Assembly (NCBI GenBank): GCA_016283935.1
Contig: JAEENX010000020.1
Coordinates: 11,268-75,267, forward strand
Direction of reading: 5' to 3'
DNA: 64,000 nucleotides
Source: Bacilli bacterium
Lineage (GTDB): Bacteria > Bacillota_I > Bacilli_A > RF39 > UBA660
Part shown: positions 1 to 7,883 of the stretch, piece by piece
Position numbering within the stretch: position 1 is the stretch's first letter
Layout of the letters: each line of letters begins with the position of its first letter
Program-made: the position numbers and the translations under genes
The notes under the pieces: generated by a model
Seen by the model: only the letters and a program-made list of their open reading frames with translations
The model's database searches: none
What the model was told of the DNA's origin: nothing

Positions 1-164
1 ATTCAGAAATGAATCCACTATATAAATATCCTCATAACTACCCTAAACATTGGGTTGAGCAACAATATTTACCAGATAATATTAAGAATGCTAAATTCTA
101 TAAACCTGGTAACAATAAATATGAAATGACATTAGATAATGGCATCAAGGAGATGAAAAAATAA
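1..164 (+). CDS. rarA: 3' end of a RarA/MgsA-like replication-associated recombination AAA ATPase gene (partial; start lies left of the window)
   Basis: Frame 3 reads ...SEMNPLYKYPHNYPKHWVEQQYLPDNIKNAKFYKPGNNKYEMTLDNGIKEMKK*. This fits the conserved RarA C-terminal pattern (Y-P-H-x-Y-P-x-H-W-V-x-QQYLP...Y-x-P...G-x-E). TAA at 162-164 overlaps the gpsA ATG (TAATG). Confidence 0.6.
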   Translation, partial: SEMNPLYKYPHNYPKHWVEQQYLPDNIKNAKFYKPGNNKYEMTLDNGIKEMKK

Positions 165-1144
165 TGAATAAAATAACTATTATAGGTACAGGTGTATATG
201 GTATAGCTATGGCTATAACTTTATCTCAAAATAAAGATAATGAAATTATAATGTGGACTGAATCTGAAGAAAATGTAAAAAAATTAGAATCAGGTAAAAA
301 AGGATTTGATCCATTAGAAAAAATAAAGATACCAAAAGGTATTAAATTTACTTCTTCTTATGAAGAAGCATTAAAAGATGCTAAATATGTATATATTATG
401 AGTACAGCTAAATTTGTTGGTTCTATTGCTCATGATATGAAACCATATATTAATAAGAATATGTATTTTGTAATTGGTTCTAAAGGTATAGAGCAAGGAT
501 CATGTAGATTTGTTCATGAAGTATTCTTAGATGAAATAAAAACTAAAAACTTAGCTGTTATATCTGGCCCATCATTTGCTATTGATATAGCAAGAAAAGA
601 ACCAATTGGATTAGCATGTGCTGTTAAAACTAATGAAACATTTAATAAGATTCATAAATTATATAAAGGTACTAATATTAAAATTAGAAAATCTAAAGAT
701 ATGATTGGTACTGAATTATGTGGTTCAATTAAAAATGTTATAGCTGTTGCTGCAGGTATATTAGATGGTTTAGGATATTCAGAATCAGCTAGAGCATTCT
801 TAATTACTGAATCATTACATGATATTAAATCTTTAATTAAAGGTTTAGGTGGTAAAGGAAAAACAGTTTTATCTTTTGCTGGAGTTGGTGATTTATTATT
901 AACTGCTACATCAGCTAAATCAAGAAACTACTCTTATGGTATTTTACTTGGTAAAGGTGATTTTAAAGGTTCTAACAAGTATTTAGAAGAAACTACAGTA
1001 GAAGGTTATTATACTTTAAAAAGTGTTTATTCTTTAATTAAAAAGAAAAAAATAAAAATGCCTGTTATTGATCTAGTTTATAAGATAGTTATGAATGGCG
1101 ATGATCCTAAAAAGCTAGAAAAATTCTTAATGGAAAAAGAATAA
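164..1144 (+). CDS. gpsA: NAD(P)H-dependent glycerol-3-phosphate dehydrogenase
   Basis: 326-aa ORF. It has an N-terminal Rossmann GxGxxG (IIGTGVYGIAMA) plus the ISGPSFA and IKNVIAVAAGILDG motifs typical of GpsA. Confidence 0.9.
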   Translation: MNKITIIGTGVYGIAMAITLSQNKDNEIIMWTESEENVKKLESGKKGFDPLEKIKIPKGIKFTSSYEEALKDAKYVYIMSTAKFVGSIAHDMKPYINKNMYFVIGSKGIEQGSCRFVHEVFLDEIKTKNLAVISGPSFAIDIARKEPIGLACAVKTNETFNKIHKLYKGTNIKIRKSKDMIGTELCGSIKNVIAVAAGILDGLGYSESARAFLITESLHDIKSLIKGLGGKGKTVLSFAGVGDLLLTATSAKSRNYSYGILLGKGDFKGSNKYLEETTVEGYYTLKSVYSLIKKKKIKMPVIDLVYKIVMNGDDPKKLEKFLMEKE

Positions 1145-1147
1145 TAT

Positions 1148-1178
1148 AAAAAGAAGAGTTTATGCAACTCTTCTTTTT
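1148..1178. terminator. Bidirectional hairpin between the convergent gpsA and 74-aa genes
   Basis: AAGAAGAGTT (1151-1160) pairs with AACTCTTCTT (1166-1175) around a 5-nt loop. A-run on the left and T-run on the right. The left arm and loop overlap the stop (1160-1162) and last codon of the 74-aa ORF, and the right arm encodes its preceding codons. Confidence 0.6.
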
Positions 1179-1384
1179 TGTTCTTCTACAAATCTTTGTT
1201 GTATTTGTTCTTCTTGAGATTTTACTCTACTCTCAAATACTTTAATCATTAAAAGTTGTTCTGAAAGAGGTTTAGCAGAGAACTCAGTTAATAGGTCTAT
1301 TTTTTCTTGATCATCTAAATCTATTTTTGATAAAACTGCTGCAAATCTTGCTTCAGCAGATTCTAATATTTCGATTTCGTTCAT
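1160..1384 (-). CDS. Hypothetical 74-aa acidic, helical protein translationally coupled to PFOR
   Basis: The ATG at 1384 lies 1 nt after the PFOR TAA (1386-1388). A strong AAGGAGGA SD sits inside the PFOR 3' end. No TM segment and no family I recognise. Confidence 0.6.
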   Translation of the reverse strand: MNEIEILESAEARFAAVLSKIDLDDQEKIDLLTEFSAKPLSEQLLMIKVFESRVKSQEEQIQQRFVEEQKRRVA

Positions 1385-1385
1385 G

Positions 1386-4300
1386 TTACTTTTCCTCCTT
1401 TATTAAGTTCTTATAATAATTATATCTATCAATAGATGTTTCTTTATTAATATTTAATATTTCATTTGCGTGTTCTTGATTTTTCTTCTTTAAAGATCTA
1501 TATCTTACTTCATTCATCAAGAAATCATCATATAATTCAAAGTTTGGTTCTTTTGAATCAATACTTAATTCATTTTTATCTGGATTATATCTCATTAGTA
1601 ATACATATCCTGAATCTACAGCTAGTTTTTGTTCTTTTAATGAACAACTCATACCACCTTTTATACCATGTTCTATACATGGAGAATAAGCAATTATGAT
1701 AGCTGGTCCATTGTGTTCAAATGCTTCTTTCATTGATTTGATAGATTGCATTGGATTAGATCCTAAACAAATAGATGCTACATAACAATTTGGATATGAC
1801 ATAGCTATTCTAAATAAATCTTTCTTAAATCCTTTTTTACCAGTAGAAGCAAATTCAGCAACTTGCCCTGCTCTAGATGATTTACTCATTTGTCCACCAG
1901 TATTTGAATATACTTCAGTATCTAATACTAATACTTTAATATTTTCTCCACTTGATAATATATGATCTATACCATTAAAACCGATGTCATATGCCCATCC
2001 ATCTCCACCTATTGCAACAACTGTTCTAGGTTTAATGTAGTCATATAACTCTTTAACTTCATCAGGAAGGCTATTTTTATCAATTTTAAGAGTGTTTTCA
2101 TTAACAATTGAGTAATTGTCGTAATTATTATAAATTTCTTTCATAGATGCGTCTAAATCGTTATCATATTTAGACTTGTTATCTATAATAGCATTCTTTA
2201 ATTGTAATCTCTTATTTTTATATGAAATATGCATTCCATATGCAAATTCAGCATTATCTTCAAATAAACTATTTGCCCATGGTAATGAATATGGTGTAGA
2301 TGGAACTGATCCTCCATATATTGAAGAACATCCTGTAGCATTAGCTATAACTATTTCATCTCCATATAATTGAGTTAATAGTTTAATGTATGCTGCTTCA
2401 CCACATCCAGCACATGCTCCTGAGAATTCGAATTTAGGTTTTTGGAATTGACTTCCTTTAATACTAAATTTTGGTAATATATTAGGATTTTTATAATTAT
2501 TAAATAATTCTTTTGTTTCTGCATCTGTTTCAGTAGTATTTTCTACTAATTCAATTGCGTGTTGATCGCATGCTTCTGCACATAAACCACATCCCATACA
2601 ATCTGATGTAGAAATTGAAATCATAAATTTATAATCTTTTGCTCCTAATGCATCTAATCCTTCTTCTGATTTAACTAAGAAAGGCCTTATAGCTGCATGA
2701 GGACAAACTATAGCACATTTACCACATTGAACGCATTTTTCTGAATTCCATTTTGGTATTTTAAGTGCTACATTTCTTTTTTCATTCTTAGTTAGTGCAC
2801 CAATAAACGCACCATTTTTTATTGATACTACTTCTGAAGTTTTTAATGTATTGCCTTCTCTTCTATTTATTTTTCCAATTAGAGAATTATCTTTGAAATA
2901 TTCTTTTCCAATTGGTGAAGTAATTTCTATCATTTGAATTTTTGATGCTGCTTCTTTAACAGCATTCATATTACTATCTACAATGTCTTGTCCTTTATCA
3001 GAATAAGATTTAGATATTCCATCATATAGTTTTTCCATTACTTCTTCTTTTTCAGTAAGTAATCTTAAAATAATATATTCCATGATTTTACTAATCTTAT
3101 TTGGTATATTATTTTCTTCTGCAATTTTATTTGCATCTATTGCATATATAGTTATATTTTTTTCTTTTAATGTATCAAATTCTTCATTAGTCCAATAAGG
3201 TACAACGTTATCTAAATTAGAACTGTTGATAATTAATATTCCATTTTCATTTAATTCATTTAAGATATTAAATTGCTTAAAGTAAGAATCTTTTGTTACA
3301 ACTAATATATTTGCTTGATTAACATAGTATGGAGCTCTTATATATTCGTCAGAGAATCTTAAATGTGATATTGTAATACCACCTGATTTTTTTGAATCAT
3401 ATTCAAAATAACCTTGAACGTATTCACTTTCATCTCCCATGATATGCATAATATCTTTAGAAGCAGATACCATTCCATCTGATCCAAACCCATATATTTT
3501 TACTGATTTATAATTTTCATTTATTTGATAATCATTATCAATTGTTAATGAAGTATTACTTAAATCATCTTCTATACCAATTGTAAAATTGTGTTTAGGA
3601 TTTGTTTCAAGCATTGTATATATCGCTTTAATCATGCTTGGTGTAGTGTTTTTAGAAGATAATCCATATCTTCCACCTACTATATTTATATTTTTGTCTT
3701 TTAAAGCACTTACAACGTCTAAATATAAAGGTTCACCTATTGAACCAAATTCTTTAGTTCTATCTAATACAGCTATATTTTTTACTGTTTTAGGTAATAC
3801 ATCTAGTAAATATTTAATACTAAATGGTCTATATAAATGGACATTTATTAATCCATATTTATTTCCTTGTTTATTTTCATGATCAATTACATTCTTGATT
3901 GCATCAGTTACTGATCCCATAGCTACAATAATATTTTCAGCTTCAGGTGACCCATAATAGTTAAATGGTTTATAATCAGTACCTGCTAATTCATTTATCT
4001 TTGACATATAGTTATTTACAATATCAGGTATTTTATCATAGTCTCCTGATCTTGCTTCCATAGATTGAAAATATATATCTTCATTTTCATTTAATCCATA
4101 TTGAATTTCTTTTCCTAGATTTAATGATTTTTCTTTAAATTTATCTAAAGCTTCTTTATTAATTAATTTAATTAATTCATTGTTATCTAATGTATTTACT
4201 ACATTAATTTCATGAGAAGTTCTAAAACCATCAAAGAAGTGTACAAAAGGTATTGAGCCTTCTATCGCTGATAAGTGAGATACAGCTCCTAAAAGGTATG

Positions 4301-4736
4301 CATCTTGATTATTTGATGAAGATAACATAGCCCATCCAGTTTGTCTAACTGCATATATATCCGAATGATCACCAAATATTGATAAAGCATGAGTTGCTAA
4401 TGTACGTGATGCAACATGAATTACTCCAGGTAATCCCTCACCTGCTATTTTATACATATTTGGAATCATTAAAAGTAATCCTTGAGATGCAGTAAATGTT
4501 GTTGCTAAACTACCTGAAATTAATGCTCCATGTAAGGCTCCAGCAGCTCCTGCTTCAGATTCTAATTCATATACTTTTACTTCAGTATTATATAAATTTT
4601 TTTCTTTTTTAGATGAAAGTATATCTACATTATTTGCCATTGGACTTGATGGTGTGATTGGATATATTGCTGCTACTTCAGTAAATAAATATGCACTTTT
4701 AGATGCAGCTTGATTTCCATCTAATATTTCTCTCAT
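1386..4736 (-). CDS. nifJ: Pyruvate:ferredoxin (flavodoxin) oxidoreductase, single-polypeptide PFOR
   Basis: Two ferredoxin-type clusters (CVQCGKCAIVCPHAAI, CMGCGLCAEACDQHAI), the TPP-site motif GGDGWAYDIGFNG and the PFOR domain order. I start it at ATG 4736 (AGGGTGAG SD 4 nt upstream); the track start at 4745 is the GTG inside that SD. Confidence 0.93.
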   Translation of the reverse strand: MREILDGNQAASKSAYLFTEVAAIYPITPSSPMANNVDILSSKKEKNLYNTEVKVYELESEAGAAGALHGALISGSLATTFTASQGLLLMIPNMYKIAGEGLPGVIHVASRTLATHALSIFGDHSDIYAVRQTGWAMLSSSNNQDAYLLGAVSHLSAIEGSIPFVHFFDGFRTSHEINVVNTLDNNELIKLINKEALDKFKEKSLNLGKEIQYGLNENEDIYFQSMEARSGDYDKIPDIVNNYMSKINELAGTDYKPFNYYGSPEAENIIVAMGSVTDAIKNVIDHENKQGNKYGLINVHLYRPFSIKYLLDVLPKTVKNIAVLDRTKEFGSIGEPLYLDVVSALKDKNINIVGGRYGLSSKNTTPSMIKAIYTMLETNPKHNFTIGIEDDLSNTSLTIDNDYQINENYKSVKIYGFGSDGMVSASKDIMHIMGDESEYVQGYFEYDSKKSGGITISHLRFSDEYIRAPYYVNQANILVVTKDSYFKQFNILNELNENGILIINSSNLDNVVPYWTNEEFDTLKEKNITIYAIDANKIAEENNIPNKISKIMEYIILRLLTEKEEVMEKLYDGISKSYSDKGQDIVDSNMNAVKEAASKIQMIEITSPIGKEYFKDNSLIGKINRREGNTLKTSEVVSIKNGAFIGALTKNEKRNVALKIPKWNSEKCVQCGKCAIVCPHAAIRPFLVKSEEGLDALGAKDYKFMISISTSDCMGCGLCAEACDQHAIELVENTTETDAETKELFNNYKNPNILPKFSIKGSQFQKPKFEFSGACAGCGEAAYIKLLTQLYGDEIVIANATGCSSIYGGSVPSTPYSLPWANSLFEDNAEFAYGMHISYKNKRLQLKNAIIDNKSKYDNDLDASMKEIYNNYDNYSIVNENTLKIDKNSLPDEVKELYDYIKPRTVVAIGGDGWAYDIGFNGIDHILSSGENIKVLVLDTEVYSNTGGQMSKSSRAGQVAEFASTGKKGFKKDLFRIAMSYPNCYVASICLGSNPMQSIKSMKEAFEHNGPAIIIAYSPCIEHGIKGGMSCSLKEQKLAVDSGYVLLMRYNPDKNELSIDSKEPNFELYDDFLMNEVRYRSLKKKNQEHANEILNINKETSIDRYNYYKNLIKEEK

Positions 4737-4749
4737 ATAACTCACCCTC

Positions 4750-5382
4750 TTATTGATTTAAGTTTAAATTTGATCTATTTTCTTTATCTTTTTGAGTCTT
4801 TTCGATTAGTTCATCTGTTGGACATTCTATTGTTACGATATCTATACAATCATTGTCTTTACAGTATGAACATGTTTTAAATCCATCTTCATCTTCATCT
4901 GAATCACAGCCATATGCTAAATTTGTACATATTCTCATTTGATCATCAGTTACATTTTTCATTTTATCTTCAAATGGACCAATTTGTCTTACAAACATGA
5001 ATAATACTACTTCAATAGCAATTATTAATATATTTACTATGATTGCTATAGTATTAAGTGGCTTTCCACCTTCATGTGTTTTTCTAATTTGTATTAAAGC
5101 TATAATTGCAAATATAATTGGTAATACAGGTACAAAGAATGCAGTTATTAAAGCTATAACTGCTAATTTATTTGTCTTTAAAAATTTTGTATCTATTTCT
5201 TCTATTTTATGTTCGTGGTGAAAGTCATCTAATTCTTCACCAGGTTTTAATACTTCATCATATTGTAAGTTTGTAGTATCAGTCACTATAGCTTCGTTTT
5301 CTTTAGGCAATTCTAATGGAGCTTCATTATTCATATTTAGACTATCTAAATTAGAATTTTGATTTAAGTTATTATTATCCAT
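4750..5382 (-). CDS. Hypothetical membrane protein: acidic N-terminus, two TM helices, C-terminal 6-Cys domain
   Basis: GGAGGTG SD before ATG 5382. TM helices are LAVIALITAFFVPVLPIIFAIIALI and IAIIVNILIIAIEVVLFMFV. The C-terminus CTNLAYGC-x11-CSYCKDNDC-x7-C is shared with the upstream 113-aa ORF. The stop lies only a few nt from the PFOR SD. Confidence 0.6.
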   Translation of the reverse strand: MDNNNLNQNSNLDSLNMNNEAPLELPKENEAIVTDTTNLQYDEVLKPGEELDDFHHEHKIEEIDTKFLKTNKLAVIALITAFFVPVLPIIFAIIALIQIRKTHEGGKPLNTIAIIVNILIIAIEVVLFMFVRQIGPFEDKMKNVTDDQMRICTNLAYGCDSDEDEDGFKTCSYCKDNDCIDIVTIECPTDELIEKTQKDKENRSNLNLNQ

Positions 5383-5716
5383 TTTTTACACCTCCGTAAG
5401 CTTGGCATTTAATAGGCTCAGGGTTAGTACAATTATCATCATTACAATATGTACATTCAAATAATTCATTACCTTTTTTATCATATGTTACTTTGCAATT
5501 TCTTGCATAAGAACATTTTCTAGTAGTTGAATCTATATTTGTTTTTATATATGCATATAGGCCTCCTATAAAACCTACCATAATTATGCATATAACAATA
5601 AAATATGGAACCCATTTTGGTGTTCTTCTTTTTCTTAATACTGTGCCGTCACTTAGGACTTTTCCAGCGTTTTTATCTCTTTCAATTATTATCTTTTCTT
5701 CCTTTTTCTTTGCCAT
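5375..5716 (-). CDS. Hypothetical single-pass membrane protein with a C-terminal 6-Cys domain (paralogous domain to 4750..5382)
   Basis: Lys/Arg-rich N-terminus and one TM helix (WVPYFIVICIIMVGFIGGLYAYI). The C-terminus is CSYARNC-x13-CTYCNDDNC-x7-C. It overlaps the next gene by 8 nt (ATGGATAA). Confidence 0.6.
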   Translation of the reverse strand: MAKKKEEKIIIERDKNAGKVLSDGTVLRKRRTPKWVPYFIVICIIMVGFIGGLYAYIKTNIDSTTRKCSYARNCKVTYDKKGNELFECTYCNDDNCTNPEPIKCQAYGGVKNG

Positions 5717-5794
5717 ATTATCTACCCTAATATCATTATACTATAAATTAGTAAATTATTGCATAAAAAAAGCCTAAGAAAAGTCAATAGTGAT

Positions 5795-5820
5795 AAAAAA
5801 ACCCGCTCGCACGAGGTGGG
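5795..5820 (-). terminator. Intrinsic terminator at the end of the candidate RNA
   Basis: The minus strand reads CCCAcCUC-GUGC-GAGCGGG followed by U7 (plus-strand A-run 5795-5801). It is the most GC-rich hairpin in the window. Confidence 0.6.
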
Positions 5821-5972
5821 CAACACATAACTCGAATCAGGATCCCCAGAGAACCGGAGTTCTATAAAGACTATTACTAATTGAATAGTATGGGTCTTCA
5901 ACAACATCAAATTAATTAGTTTCCCTATAATCACCATTAGTCGGTTTTTATGAAAATGACCTCTCTTAGGTA
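5795..5972 (-). ncRNA. Candidate structured RNA (stand-alone sRNA, or leader/attenuator of the PFOR operon); family unassigned
   Basis: It lies in the longest non-coding gap of the window (5717-6058) and runs from an extended -10 to an intrinsic terminator. There is a local G+C island at about 5800-5860. Internal hairpins: ACTATT/AATAGT (5870-5889) and CCGG-UUCU-CUGG (5846-5857). No SD-preceded ORF. Confidence 0.35.
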
Positions 5973-5977
5973 ATCTT

Positions 5978-5986
5978 AATATAGCA
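5978..5986 (-). promoter_or_regulatory. Extended -10 promoter element (TGCTATATT) for the candidate RNA
   Basis: The reverse complement of 5978-5986 is TGCTATATT. It is the same TGC-TATA-type box seen in front of many genes here. I saw no convincing -35. Confidence 0.4.
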
Positions 5987-6058
5987 CATAATATAAAATA
6001 TGTATACAAAAATTGAAAAAGTTTACATATTAAAAGACTAGATTGCTCTAGCCTTTTG

Positions 6059-7855
6059 TTATGCTTTCCAACGCTCTGCAACGTTACAGTTACTTGAATA
6101 TGGAGGTGGATTTGGCATATCCATCTTTACAATTACTGGTATTTTGAATGCATTACCAAATGCAACCATTGTACCACTTTGTAATGATGTAAGCTTATCT
6201 ATTACATCACCTGAAATATTAGGTAACATTTTATTAATATAGTCTAAGTCTAATGGATGTGTCATCTTTAAAATACAGAAGTTTGATGTTTGACCAATAA
6301 CTGTATCTGAAAGTTCAACTGGTCTTTGCGAAATAAGGTCTAACATAACACCATATTTACGACCTTCCTTAGCGATTCTTTCGAAGATGTTATATCCTAA
6401 TAAGAAATGATCTATATCATCTTTTTGTACATATCTATGTGCTTCTTCTAAGAATAAGTTAAATGGTATTTGTGCTCTTTCTTTTCTTGATTTAGCAAAG
6501 TCAAATATCATTTTACAGAATATTTTAACTATTGTCTTAGATAGGTTATCATCGATATCTTCTAAGTTGATATTAACTATTTGAGAACGTTTATCATTAT
6601 GTACGATTAATGATGAAATATAGTTTTCAAGTGTAATATAGTTTGGAATATCGAAATATTTTCTATTACTTGAATGATTTAATGCATGTAATCTAACTTG
6701 CATGATTGTTGCATTATCTTGCATTGTTCTATTGTTTAAGAAACCATCACCAATTAATGTGAATGATAATGCGGCTTCAAGATCATCTAAGTTATAGTAT
6801 GCATCAGTTGGAACTTTCATTCTCATTTCTAGTTCATCATCAATAAATTTTAATAAGTATTCATTAATTAATACTGATTCACCGAATTCACCGTTTCTAT
6901 CAATACCAAAGCATTCTGAGAACTTTCTAGTATATCCAATACCTTGTAAGTCTGTATTAACATTAAATTCTGGTGTAGAACAGTCTGCTAAGATTGTGAA
7001 AATTTCACTTTTCTTTCCTGATGCAGATTGATTTGAGAATAAAACACTCATGATAGCTTTTGCTATTAAGTGATTTTTAAGTTTTCTTGTATCTTCATCA
7101 TCTTTTGAGAATAACTTAGCTAATGTAAGCATTCTTTCAATGATTGTATATTGTTGATGGTTATCTGCTTGTAAAACTAAGCACATATCATCAATAGTTA
7201 ATAAGAATACAGGAATACGTAACATTACATCTGTATCATCTGTTGGATTAGATGTAATGAATTTATATTGATAATTTGGATTTATTTGATTTAATACTTT
7301 AAATGCATTTTTATATTCGCCATATGCATCAAAGAAGAATAAATTAGCATTAAAAGTTAAGAAATTCTTATTTAAGAATACATTTTGAATAATTCTTGCT
7401 ACTGAACAAGATTTACCTGAACCAGTATTACCAAATATTGCCATATGGTTAGAGAACATATCATTTATATCAAAATATACATCTTGTCCATCATATACTG
7501 CTGATTTTCCAAGATATAAAGAACTAGCTTCATTATGTCCAAATATAATTTCCATTTCTTCTTTGCTAATAATTCTCATTTTAGCATCAAGTGTTGGTTT
7601 AATAATTGTACCAGCAATAAATCTATCAGTTGTAAATTGTCCTAATAAGTTGATATGAGCATTTTCAAAATCAACTGATTTAACTTCTCCTAATATTTTA
7701 GTACCATCAGCATTTTCAAATATTACATGCATATTTAATAAGTTTGGTACAACCATGTTTTCTTTATGAAGTTCAACTGTAGCAGTTACATCATCAATAT
7801 TTAGAATTTTACCAAACATATTTGCTGATTGTCTTATTTGTTCTTCTTGATTCAT
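6059..7855 (-). CDS. HerA-like (FtsK/HerA superfamily, DUF87-type) ATPase
   Basis: The N-terminus resembles a HAS barrel. Walker A is IFGNTGSGKS, Walker B is LFLEEAHRY, and the C-terminal ...LISQRPVELS... region is typical of HerA/DUF87 ATPases. A GAGAGGGA SD sits 28 nt after the pdp stop. Confidence 0.75.
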   Translation of the reverse strand: MNQEEQIRQSANMFGKILNIDDVTATVELHKENMVVPNLLNMHVIFENADGTKILGEVKSVDFENAHINLLGQFTTDRFIAGTIIKPTLDAKMRIISKEEMEIIFGHNEASSLYLGKSAVYDGQDVYFDINDMFSNHMAIFGNTGSGKSCSVARIIQNVFLNKNFLTFNANLFFFDAYGEYKNAFKVLNQINPNYQYKFITSNPTDDTDVMLRIPVFLLTIDDMCLVLQADNHQQYTIIERMLTLAKLFSKDDEDTRKLKNHLIAKAIMSVLFSNQSASGKKSEIFTILADCSTPEFNVNTDLQGIGYTRKFSECFGIDRNGEFGESVLINEYLLKFIDDELEMRMKVPTDAYYNLDDLEAALSFTLIGDGFLNNRTMQDNATIMQVRLHALNHSSNRKYFDIPNYITLENYISSLIVHNDKRSQIVNINLEDIDDNLSKTIVKIFCKMIFDFAKSRKERAQIPFNLFLEEAHRYVQKDDIDHFLLGYNIFERIAKEGRKYGVMLDLISQRPVELSDTVIGQTSNFCILKMTHPLDLDYINKMLPNISGDVIDKLTSLQSGTMVAFGNAFKIPVIVKMDMPNPPPYSSNCNVAERWKA

Positions 7856-7883
7856 ATTCTATCCCTCTCATTCTTTTTTTATT

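Noticed and set aside
1160-1384. The 74-aa ORF as a split-off C-terminal piece of PFOR (PFOR here is about 1116 aa, slightly short)
   Set aside because: The PFOR ORF already ends with the usual ...DRYNYYKNL... C-terminal helix. The 74-aa sequence shows no resemblance to PFOR domains and has its own strong SD.
4737-4745. Longer N-termini given by the ORF track for PFOR, mscL, ybeY, rpsU, rplU, nfo, parC, mutS, the SEDS gene, the 172-aa pilin, the 268-aa pseudopilin, the ABC exporter and others
   Set aside because: In most cases (PFOR, mscL, parC, mutS, ABC exporter) the track start is a GTG or TTG that is part of, or upstream of, an AGGTGA/AGGGTGA/GGAGG SD. For nfo and the SEDS gene it is an upstream ATG whose next codon, GTG, lies in that SD. 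In both situations the SD is correctly spaced (4-8 nt) from an in-frame ATG that reproduces the canonical N-terminus of the family.
5825-5860. tRNA/tmRNA-like T-arm (TCGAATC) or SRP-like CAGG...GAGA...GGAG inside the GC island
   Set aside because: No flanking 5-bp T-stem, acceptor stem or CCA context could be drawn. The SRP domain IV consensus (GGUCCGGAAGGAAGCAGC-like) is not matched on either strand.
5795-5972. Assignment of the candidate RNA to a specific riboswitch class (TPP because PFOR uses TPP; SAM-I because of AAGAGAGG; purine because of CCGACUAAUGG)
   Set aside because: Only isolated short matches exist. The defining elements (CUGAGA plus ACCCNNNGAACCUGAUC spacing for TPP, GGAGGGA for SAM-I, the three-way junction for purine, GGUGG-ACCGCG for T-box) are absent or wrongly spaced.
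5722-6081. 119-aa minus-strand ORF filling the long intergenic gap
   Set aside because: It has no SD before any of its Met codons. It reads straight through the GC-rich intrinsic terminator and the promoter-like boxes. Its hydrophobic, Leu/Ile/Phe-rich product is what AT-rich non-coding DNA yields by chance. I treat the region as RNA/regulatory instead.
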